Below, piece by piece: positions 1 to 58,900 of a DNA stretch of 64,000 bases. The stretch is taken from contig NIVC01002944.1 in assembly GCA_002269645.1 (NCBI GenBank), positions 65,266 through 129,265 of the forward strand. Direction: 5' to 3'. Numbering within the stretch: position 1 is the first letter of the stretch; each line of letters opens with the position of its first letter. The notes beneath the pieces were generated by a model. It had not been told where the DNA came from, ran no database searches, and saw nothing but the letters and a program-made list of their open reading frames with translations. The DNA is from Macrostomum lignano (lineage: Eukaryota). The position numbers and the translations under genes are program-made.

Positions 1-745
1 GGCAACCAACCCAATTAGGTAGCTATTAGGCAGTCGGCAACTAACCCAATTATGTAGCTATTAGGGTGTCCGCAACCACCCAATTAGGTAGCTATTAGAC
101 AGTCGGCAACCACCCAATTAGGTAGCTATTAGGCAGTCGGCAACCAACCCAATTAGATAGCTATTAGGCAGTCGGCAACCACCCAATAAGGTAGCTATTA
201 GGCAGTCGGCAACCACCCAATTAGGTAGCTATTAGATAGCCTGAAGCCACCCAATTAGGTAGTTAGCAACCACCCAATTAGGTAACTATTAGGCAGTCAG
301 CAACCACCCAATTAGGTAACTATTAGGCAGTCAGCAACCACCCAATTAGGTAGCTATTAGGCAGTCGGCAACCAACCCAATTAGGTAGCTATTAGACAGT
401 CGGCAACCAACCCAATTAGGTAGCTATTAGGCAGTCGGCAACCAACCCAATTAGGTAGCTATTAGGCAGTCAGCAACCACCCAATTAGGTAACTATTAGG
501 CAGTCAGCAACCACCCAATTAGGTAACTATTAGGCAGTTAGCAACCACCCAATTAGGTAACTATTAGGCAGTCAGCAACCACCCAATTAGGTAACTTTTA
601 GGCAGTTAGCAACCACCCAATTAGGTAACTATTAGGCAGTCAGCAACCACCCAATTAGGTAACTATTAGGCAGTCAGAAACCACCCAATTAGGTAGCTAT
701 TAGGGTGTCCGTAACCACCCAATTAGGTAGCTATTAGGCAGTCAA
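1..745. repeat. Minisatellite, about 34-bp unit
   Basis: GGCAGTCAGCAACCACCCAATTAGGTAACTATTA repeats. Confidence 0.95.
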
Positions 746-770
746 TGCCCGGCAGCCGGGCGGCAGTCTG

Positions 771-37145
<36,375 letters not shown>

Positions 37146-39136
37146 TTTGATTCGCTCCTTCCCTGATAGCCTCGGCAGGTGCCGGGCGGGCTCAGAAATT
37201 TGCAGATAATTGCCGAGTAGGAGTGCAGACCCCGCACATCACTGGCCATCTATAATTATGATTATAAATTGAATAGTATTCAGTAGTAGACAACTAGCAC
37301 AAGTCTAACAAATTTGCCTCTACATGTGATGAGTTGCTTTACTTAGATAAGAATATCAAAAGCAGTGGAGGGAAGTCAGGTGAATACTTACTAAAAGGCT
37401 TAAAGTCCTATTCACATATTTTTCTTCAATATAAATTTGTCCACTTTTGAGATAGACAAGGCCAATGAATTGAACTTATATAAGCTAGCTCATATATTGA
37501 CTCCTTAATACTAATTAATATTTTAGCCGATTGATTAGCATGAAATGTATTTCCCAAGATTGTACAAAGACTAAAGTTTTATTATTGTAGACAGAGAATT
37601 ATAATATGGTTCATACACTGTATTGTAAAACCTAAATAGTATATAAAAATTAAGGCCACAATGAAAGTATACAAAATGAGCTTAACTTTATCATCAATCA
37701 AAGCAAAAAGCATGCATCCATTCGAAAACTGCTGCAAGTCTGCTTTGTTAATATTGCATTTAAAAAATAATTTATAATTATACAAGTAGCAATAATTTTG
37801 ATTTTAACTAATTCTATCTCAATTAACTTTGGAAATTTTTTAGAATAACATTTAAAACTAATAGTTTTAATTGATTTGCAGTTTATATGCATAGCAGAAC
37901 TAATAGGAACAGTTTTTTTATACATTCCTAAAAATAAAAATTCTAAATTTTGTTATCTGTCAATTTCTTTAAGAATGCTAGAATGGCTAAGTCCCAAAAA
38001 TTTTACGATTAACATCAATTGTCATTCATTTAAACCGAAAAAATAGGAGTTTATTATTCAGCAATCTAAAAACTAGAGCGCACGATATTCAATTCATAGA
38101 GTCAGACAAATTTCTCCAAAAAATATTGCCTCTAACCGAACCACAATGTAAAACATTCAGATTTCTAGTAAAATTCTGTGAATGAAATACTTTTAAAATA
38201 ATACGCATTTTATAACAAAACGTATATTAAGTCGTCGTAATTTAAAAAATAGGTTTACATTTTTATTGTTTTGTAATTAAATTACTTTATTTAAGTAATT
38301 TTAAAAGCTAAGAGCAAACAAAGCTATTTTTACACCAAGCAAGACAGGCGTATGCAAAAACGATTTCTCCATACGCCTCAGGACTACACTAGACACAAAC
38401 TCACTGACCTAGTGAATAGACTACACTAAGAAGATAAAGCTTATTGGCCTCCATTTTTTTCGTTTTACGCCCTTAGTATTTAATAGTCCCCTAGCATGAC
38501 ACGCCTACGAGTTTACGAAGAATGAATGCTTGTTTTTGGTATACGGATGCCATGAGTTCATGACACTTTAACACACACTTTGACACAATATCCTTTCGGA
38601 AGACAAGAGTTTGTTCTAAAATTCCAAATCGGCACTCTTTTCAATGTGGGATTGCCAGTGAAATATGTGAAAATAATGTAATAGTTATTAAAAATATAAG
38701 CTTTCTGTAAAAGTCATCCAACACGTCCCTGGGTTCCTCCTCCATGACTCATCGAATGCCACTCTCGTTCCTTCTCTATGACTCATCGACCGCCACTTTC
38801 CGTTCCTCCACCCCCCTCATCGACCGCCACTCTCCTTGCCTTCATGCGACTGTCTCTGAGCAGTCTGATGAGAAACTAACAAAAGATAGTGTATGGTAGC
38901 AATACCCCCCTTATCTAGGACAGACCAATCCCAATGAATGCAAATAATAATGCGGAGGCATTTTGTGAAAAGCATATTTTGTGTGCTAATGCATGCAGGT
39001 GAATATTGGGAGACTTTAATTCAACGCAAAACGATGTTACACAAAAGATCAGTCATAAATATATTGTCTGCTTGGACATCTAATTAGAGGTCGACTTGCG
39101 ACCTCAGCAATTTTGATCCAACGTTGAAAAACTTCA

Positions 39137-40029
39137 TCAGGAAGTGACGGCCTCGCTCCACTCCCACAGCAGGTCCTCGTTGGCAAGAAGCGACGTTTCC
39201 GCTGATGTCGGCTTCGACCTGCCGTCATAAAAGTACAGACCGCTTTTGTCTTCATAGGGCGGCACGCCCGCGGCAATGTTAAACATGTGACCGGCGCCTC
39301 TGCGGAGTGCGGTGATCCGCAGCAGCAGCAGAAACCGCTGAAGCAGCAGATAAAGAAGCAGCGCATGCAGCCACGAAAAAATCCGGTTGTTGGGATGAAG
39401 CCAGGATGCAGCGCGTTCACGTACACGCCGGTGCCCTCCAGCATCCTGGCCAGCTTGCGGCAGTGCAGGATGTTCATCGCCTTCGAGTTCTTGTAAGCCT
39501 GGCTGCCGCTGTAAGCCCCCGGTTTCTCCATAAACAGGTCATCAAAGTCCAGCGGCTTGACCCTAAACGTGTAAGTGTGATAATCCGAGCTCACGATGAG
39601 GACCCGGGCGGCTCCGTGGCGGCTCGCAGTGTCCTTCAGAGTCTGGAGCAGCATCTTGGTGAGCAGGAAGTGGCCCAGATGTTTGTCGCGATCGTCATCT
39701 CGTGGCCTTTGGAGTTCAGATTTCGCTGCTGCCTTGAGAACTCCTCAGCGTAGCCGGCGTTGTTGAGCACGTCAGTCGGGAGAACTTGGCGAGGAATTCG
39801 CTGACGAACTTCCTCACGAGTCGTAGTCGCTCAGGTCGAGCTGAAAGTCAAAGAAGTCGAGAGAAAGTCCCGATTAGTTGAGAAGCTGCTCACACTGCTC
39901 ATCTATCGTACGCGCAGCAGCTCATGACACGGAAAGCGCGGTGCTGAGTACTCACCTGCATCGGCACGAAGGAGCCGCTGCTCTTCAGTGAATGGTTTCG
40001 TTCTGCATAGCCGCGACCGCCTGGTTGGC
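39137..40029 (-). CDS. Short-chain dehydrogenase/reductase (RDH11-14-like), 5' end truncated by the gap, several 1-bp deletions
   Basis: LDLSDY, NNAG, HLGHFLLTKMLL, VSS, catalytic YKNSK and VNALHPG motifs; intron 39841-39955. Confidence 0.85.
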
Positions 40030-40391
40030 NNNNNNNNNNNNNNNNNNNNNNNNNNNNNNNNNNNNNNNNNNNNNNNNNNNNNNNNNNNNNNNNNNNNNNN
40101 NNNNNNNNNNNNNNNNNNNNNNNNNNNNNNNNNNNNNNNNNNNNNNNNNNNNNNNNNNNNNNNNNNNNNNNNNNNNNNNNNNNNNNNNNNNNNNNNNNNN
40201 NNNNNNNNNNNNNNNNNNNNNNNNNNNNNNNNNNNNNNNNNNNNNNNNNNNNNNNNNNNNNNNNNNNNNNNNNNNNNNNNNNNNNNNNNNNNNNNNNNNN
40301 NNNNNNNNNNNNNNNNNNNNNNNNNNNNNNNNNNNNNNNNNNNNNNNNNNNNNNNNNNNNNNNNNNNNNNNNNNNNNNNNNNNNNNNNNNN
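40030..40391. other. Assembly gap (362 N)
   Basis: Run of N. Confidence 0.99.
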
Positions 40392-51792
<11,401 letters not shown>

Positions 51793-52039
51793 CAAGCTGT
51801 TGAAACCCGCAGATTTTGAACCCGGGGAATTAGTTTTGCGTGTCTCAGATTCTAAAATCTGAGGTCAAACTCAAACAAAAACTTGTTAATAGTTAGAAGA
51901 GAGTTAAACATAAAATAGAGTACATTCGTGTAAAATTAGGATTTGAAGCAAGCATTGATATTGTTGGCTGGGGTGCTGCGCAGAATGTCAGGCAAACTCT
52001 GGCCTCTACCTTTGCCTCTCCCTGTGTCCCCTGCATCCT

Positions 52040-52906
52040 TTGAAACTTCCATCTTCTTTTCTGTTTCCTATCTTCTCTCTCCTCTCTCTTCTCTGGTCTA
52101 TGGTCTGTTATCTCTCCTTTCTCATCTTTTATCTCTTCTCATTTCTCTCTGCTCTCTACTCTCTCTTCCCTCTCCCTTCTTCTCATTCCTTACTCTACCC
52201 TCTCTCAACACTTCCCTCATCTCTACTCGCTCCTTTTTCCTCTCTTCTCTCTACTCTCTCCTCTCCTCTGTCCACTCTCTCCTCTCATCTCTTCTATCGT
52301 CTCTTCCCTCACCTCCCTTCTCTCTCGTCTTTGCTCCCTTGTCTCTCACTTCTCTTCTTTTATCTTCTCTTTCTCTTATCTTTTCTCATTTCTCTCTGCT
52401 CTCTCTCCTCCCCCTCTCTCTCTCCTCTCATCTCTCTCCTCTCTCCTGTCCTATCTCTCTTCTCTCTAATCTCTCCCCTCTTTTCTCTCCTCTCTCCCCT
52501 GTCCTCTTGATTCTCTCCCTTCCCCTCCTCTCTCCTCACTCACTTCTCATCTCTCCCTTGTCTCCACCTCTCATCTCTCATCTCTTATCTCTCCTCTTTT
52601 CTCTCTACTCTCCCATCTCTCGTCTGTTCACTCTCGTTTCTGCTCTCTCATCTCCCCTCTCTCATCTGTCATATTTACTCTCATATGTTCTCTCACCTCT
52701 CTCCTCTTGTACTCCTCTCTTTCCCCTTTTTTGACTCAGGACTCTCTTTCCTTTCTTCTTTCTTCTCGTCTCTTCTCTTCTCTCTTCTATACTCTCTCCC
52801 TCTCTTGTCTTCTCTCTTCTCTCTCCACTCTCCTCTCTCCTCTCTTATATCGTCTGTTCACTCTCATCTTTGCTCTCTCATTCCCCTCTCTCTTCCTTCA
52901 TATCTC
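52040..52906 (+). repeat. CT-rich polypyrimidine tract, left part
   Basis: Low-complexity C/T sequence. Confidence 0.9.
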
Positions 52907-55900
52907 ACTACTAAGGGATTCCGTAAGTGTTGATTTTGGAGGTGAGGTGGGTGTCAACCCTCCTCGCCTCTCATTGGCTGGCGCCCCGATCACTAGGTGA
53001 TCGATACCCGTATCGATATCGGCGCTCGGCGCGCGCGCGCGCGCCGCAGGCGCCAAGCGCCGCAGGCGCCAAGCGCCGCAGGCGACCCTCCCAGCCGCAG
53101 GCGCACCTACCGATATTAGATCCCAATAAATCAATCAGATCCCAAATCAATCAGATCCCAAATCAATCAGATCCCAAGCGCACCCACCCGAGCCGCAGGC
53201 GCCCATGCAGCAGGCGCCCCTCCCCGCCGCACGCGCCCTCCCCGACATGTATGCCGCAGGCGCCCTCCCCGTCTCAGGCGCCCCTCCCGATATGTATGCG
53301 CACTCTCCCTATATGTACACCGATATGTATGCAGCAGGCGCCCCGAGTGTACACTCCCCCGATATGTGTGTACACCGATATGTAGTCATCGATACGGGCC
53401 TCTTCCCTCTCTCACCTACATCTCAACTAGCGAAATCGAACCCAGGTCGCGCCCATACTAGGACACTACACGGTTGTGGGGTATAGGGAGCGAGAAGTTT
53501 CAACCCTAACGCTGACGCAGCCCTGTACAGTGAGAGTGTACGGGCAGAGAGGGGTGGCGCGGACAGAGAACCAGCCACTAGGTTGTTATACTGTTGAAGC
53601 ATAGGGAGCGAGAAGTTTTAACCCCGATGCTGACGCAGCCCTGTACACTGAGCGTGTACGGGCAGAGGGTGGGTGGAAAGAGATGTGAATAACACAGCCT
53701 GCTGCAGGAGCCGGATAGAGAGGCGCATGCTAGGACAGAGAGGTAGTGTGAGTCACACACACCCCACAGAGAAAGCCATACAGAGGATAGAGAGCTCCCT
53801 CCCCAGTTGCAGGGGACAGAGAGGCAGGCTGGGTATGCAGGGGCATGCGAACCGTCAAGGGGCCACGCGAGGATAGAGTGGAGGAGCAGAGATGTGTTTG
53901 GACAGAGAGCCAGCCACGTGTGCGTAGTGTGAGGGAACAGAAACATATGGAGCAGGAGGGAGATAGGAAGCAAACGCGCAGGGTAAGGGAGCCACACAGG
54001 GCGGTACAGTGAGACACGGGCAGGGGTGGAGCCGTGCGTGGACAGAGCTGAACGGCACGGTCAGCTGCAGGAATAGGATGATAGAGAGGCGCGGAGGGGG
54101 ACAGAGAGCAGTGTGCAGGGGTAGGCAGCCACGCAGGCTGGGGAACAGAGAGGCGCGTGTCAGCCAGTTGCAGCCCGGGACAGAGAAGTATGAAGGGGGG
54201 CCTGGGACAGAGTTCCGAGCAAGGCACAGAGGTAGGGTCCTGTAGCTATGTATAGGCAGGGAGCCACGCGAGGGCAGGACAGGGGAGCAGACATGCAAGT
54301 TGCATGCAAGGCCAGAGAGGTGTGCGCGGAGGGAGACAGAGAGCAGTGTGTAGGGGTAGGTAACAGCAAACTTTAGTAGCGGCGCGTGCGGGGACGGAGA
54401 AACCAGTCAGAGCATACAGAGACGTTACAGAGAGGTACACAAGCAGAGACCAAAGCGAGCAGAGCACATGTGTAGGGACAGAGACGTGAGGGAGAATCGA
54501 CCAAAACACGCTATGTATTTTCAAAAGTTGGTTTTAGTGCAACATGTTTAATAGTGGGTAGTATAATAGTATGTACATAGTAGGTATAATAGTAGTAATA
54601 ATAGTAAGCATATTAGCCCAAAAGGTAGACTAAAACAGGCTAAACTGTGTGTACGCATCCTCATCACCCCACAAGCCCCCTCTCCCGCCAGACTCACTCT
54701 ACCAAACCCTCCTGTATTGCTGCATGAAGGAAAATATAGTGTAAAAATACAGATCTTAACCGTCAGACCGCTGAAATCAGGGCACACTAGAGGGGGTTTC
54801 GGGGTCTGCATGCTCTATGTAAGCTGCTTGAGGAGGTTCCAAGGGCGTTGTGAGGGTTTCCATTATGTTTTGAAAAAAAACTAGGGCTTAAATACAACGT
54901 TTTATTCAAAAGTAGGTTATTTTAATGAAATAGCTGACACAATCATTGTCGAGAGTAGAAATTTTTATAAGAAACCAGGCATTTTAGCAAAAATAAACCT
55001 TCAAACCACATAAAATTGAATAAAAAGCAGACATTTTCAATTATAAACCGCAAGTATTTTAATAGAAAAGTAAGCAAACAAGGCACAAAACCAGCAAATT
55101 TTACCTTTTTATTTTAATGTTACTGATAAGGTAGAGAGTAGAAACTTGTGAGCTGTACGGAGTTAGAAAGTATTAACCATTATGTATCGTATGAATTATT
55201 AGTTCAGTACCAGCCATTGGTCAAGCGAGCATTTATGAAGTTATTACGAGTGATGAAGGGATAGAGAGCTATATACAGGAAGACAGTATCCTTCTAAACC
55301 ACCACGAACAGATTGCTAATAGAGATAAGCTTTGTCTGTGTGCAGTATGAGTAAGCGAAGGCGGGGCAAATACTTTTCCACATGCCGGACAGAACAGTAT
55401 TGTGCTAGGATTTCTCTCGAAATCGCGGTACGTTACTAGTTTTTATCACACCATCCAGATGCGTCAACTAGTCAGCAGTAGTCATTTATATGTTATTAGA
55501 ACTTACAAACCCAGGTCAAGTAAATATTACAAAGAGTATATTACGTACACACGCCAACTCCGAATACCAAGCCATACTAGTCTACTTGCAGTGCTCCTGG
55601 AGGGAAGGGACGGCGGGGTGTACATCCGGCAGGGTGGGCGTCCAGCGAGTGTACATCTGACAGGATGGGTGTTCAGCAAGTGTACATCTGACAGGGTGGG
55701 CGTTCAGCAAGTGTACCTTCAGCGTCGAGTAGGTGTACACCCGTCAGTGGGAACTCAGCCCCTCCCACCAATGTCGTGTGCATGCGGTTAGTCAGTATAG
55801 TGGTGGGGTAGACGGTGCAGGAAGGAAACCCAGATGCTGACGCTGCCCTGTACAGCGAGCAACCAGCCCTCCTGTAGCAGGAGGGGGACAGAGAGTGCGT

Positions 55901-58900
55901 GGAGGCAGTAGGAGATAGAGGACGCTACCCGGCATGTCGCAGCACGCGGCGCGGGACAGAGAGGCAGTGTGTAAGTCACCCCCGCGGAGGGACAGAGAGC
56001 TACCCTGGCAGGAGGCGCGGGACAGAGAGGCGGTGAATCACACCCCACGGAGAGAGCCGTACAACGAGCTTCCCCACCCGAGTCCGGTAAATATTACAGA
56101 GTATTACGTGCACACGCCAGCCCTGAATACCAAGCCATACTAGTCTACCTGCAGTGCTCCCAGAGGGAAGGGATGGTCAGGAGTTACACACCAAGAATGC
56201 ATTCATACAAAGAGTACACAACTCGAGCCAGACACCAAGTCACAGTCTACTTACAGTAGAGATGGTAGATTAATAGCAAGATTATATTACAATTAGACCT
56301 CCCTAGCACATGAGGAGTGAAATTCAATAATAATTGAATTCAATAATAATACAACATTTAGACGTAGTAATTTAATTACAAAATACCACTAACACTGAGC
56401 CAACGAATTGTAGGTTACAAAGGAGTTGTCACTCATATGGAAAGCCAGTATAATGCAGGTGTATATTATTAAAACATAGACAAAAACGATGCAGACGTAT
56501 ATACACACTATTGATTTTGTACATGTACATTTCGGCATATTACCACACATCGCAGGCACATATTATATATCGGGGGATAGGTTAAAATACACACATCGTA
56601 GATGTAGAAGCAGACACAATGCAGGAAAATTATGATACGAGTGTACATATTAGTGCGTAAAAGTATCATATTATGACACCCTGTAGCACATATTGACATA
56701 ATGCAGGGGAAAATATTGACAGAAATAGTACACAATTGTAGAGGTAACAACCCGCCAACTAGTAAGGACATCCAGCACTTGTTCAGGTTTTTATTATTTC
56801 GAGACGAGTGTCATGCCCCCGCAAGAGATCTTATCAGAAATTTGTTGAACTCCACTGCAACTCTCCCCAGAGCCTCCAAATGTGAGTTTTTAACCCAGGG
56901 TCGAGTACAAAGGACCCGCCCACTCTTAACCCCAAGGGGTGATCGTAGCGGAGACCAAGTACAGTGCGGACGGAGAGGGGTAACAGAAAGCGCTGCATCA
57001 GACCGCAGGGCTGCATTCCTCCCCGAGGTAGGCGCGTCAGCTCCCACTCCTCATTTAACCATCAAGTAAACTAAAGAAGTCAAGCAGAAAGCCTTACAAT
57101 CACCCGCAACCAGCACAAGTAAGAGTACTTTCCACTAGAGAGCCATAGTGCAAGATTCGCGAGCCAAGTTGAAGAAGCACACCAAATTACACTAAAGACA
57201 TATGTATTAAAAAGCATACCGGCACCTCTACAAAAACACAGTATGTACCGATTAAAGTTGCTTTTGGTGCAGTGTATTTAATAAAAAGCTGGTACCTAAC
57301 ACAAAAGTAGGCATCAATGCAGTGCACGGGCTAAACTGTATTTACAAACGCAGGGCAACGAACTACACACAATGTAGCGCATAGACATAATTGTACGCAT
57401 AAATGTACGCAATTTCCGGTATATAGGACCAAATGTACACAATGTACACAAACACACACACACACACACACACTCAGGCGTATTCACAGCAAGAGCTTCC
57501 TGCCGATGGCGCCATCGCCTGCGGCGATCGGTGCTGCAGGATGCGCTGCAGGATGCGCCTGAGTGTGTGTGTGTGTGTGTGTGTGTTTGTGTACATTGTG
57601 TACATTTGGTCCTATATACCGGAAATTGCGTACATTTATGCGTACAATTATGTCTATGCGCTACATTGTGTGTAGTTCGTTGCCCTGCGTTTGTAAATAC
57701 AGTTTAGCCCGTGCACTGCATTGATGCCTACTTTTGTGTTAGGTACCTGCTTTTTATTAAATACACTGCACCAAAAGCAACTTTAATCGGTACATACTGT
57801 GTTTTTGTAGAGGTGCCGTATGCTTTTTAATACATATGTCTTTAGTGTAATTTGGTGTGCTTCTTCAACTTGGCTCGCGAATCTTGCACTATGGCTCTCT
57901 AGTGGAAAGTACTCTTACTTGTGCTGGTTGCGGGTGATTGTAAGGCTTTCTGCTTGACTTCTTTAGTTTACTTGATGGTTAAATGAGGAGTGGGAGCTGA
58001 CGCGCCTACCTCGGGGAGGAATGCAGCCCTGCGGTCTGATGCAGCGCTTTCTGTTACCCCTCTCCGTCCGCACTGTACTTGGTCTCCGCTACGATCACCC
58101 CTTGGGGTTAAGAGTGGGCGGGTCCTTTGTACTCGACCCTGGGTTAAAAACTCACATTTGGAGGCTCTGGGAGAGTTGCAGTGGAGTTCAACAAATTTCT
58201 GATAAGATCTCTTGCGGGGGCATGACACTCGTCTCGAAATAATAAAAACCTGAACAAGTGCTGGATGTCCTTACTAGTTGGCGGGTTGTTACCTCTACAA
58301 TTGTGTACTATTTCTGTCAATATTTTCCCCTGCATTATGTCAATATGTGCTACAGGGTGTCATAATATGATACTTTTACGCACTAATATGTACACTCGTA
58401 TCATAATTTTCCTGCATTGTGTCTGCTTCTACATCTACGATGTGTGTATTTTAACCTATCCCCCGATATATAATATGTGCCTGCGATGTGTGGTAATATG
58501 CCGAAATGTACATGTACAAAATCAATAGTGTGTATATACGTCTGCATCGTTTTTGTCTATGTTTTAATAATATACACCTGCATTATACTGGCTTTCCATA
58601 TGAGTGGCAACTCCTTTGTAACCTACAATTCGTTGGCTCAGTGTTAGTGGTATTTTGTAATTAAATTACTACGTCTAAATGTTGTATTATTATTGAATTC
58701 AATTATTATTGAATTTCACTCCTCATGTGCTAGGGAGGTCTAATTGTAATATAATCTTGCTATTAATCTACCATCTCTACTGTAAGTAGACTGTGACTTG
58801 GTGTCTGGCTCGAGTTGTGTACTCTTTGTATGAATGCATTCTTGGTGTGTAACTCCTGACCATCCCTTCCCTCTGGGAGCACTGCAGGTAGACTAGTATG

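Noticed and set aside
39137-40029. SDR gene as a pseudogene
   Set aside because: The many 1-bp deletions cluster at the contig end beside the gap, which is typical of low-coverage consensus, and the catalytic YxxxK is intact.
53499-53510. CAACCCTAAC, resembling a telomerase RNA template
   Set aside because: It is one variant of a dispersed repeat module (the other copy reads TAACCCCGAT) with no supporting structure.
56820-57065. GC-richer island in the palindrome arm, possible SINE or ribozyme
   Set aside because: No A/B boxes or complete hammerhead core (CUGAUGA...GAAA) could be identified by eye.
57481-57555. Missed SMRTbell adapter producing an artificial palindrome
   Set aside because: The spacer does not resemble the adapter, the arms differ by substitutions, and the outer ends have a TSD with non-palindromic flanks. 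A chimera is still formally untested.
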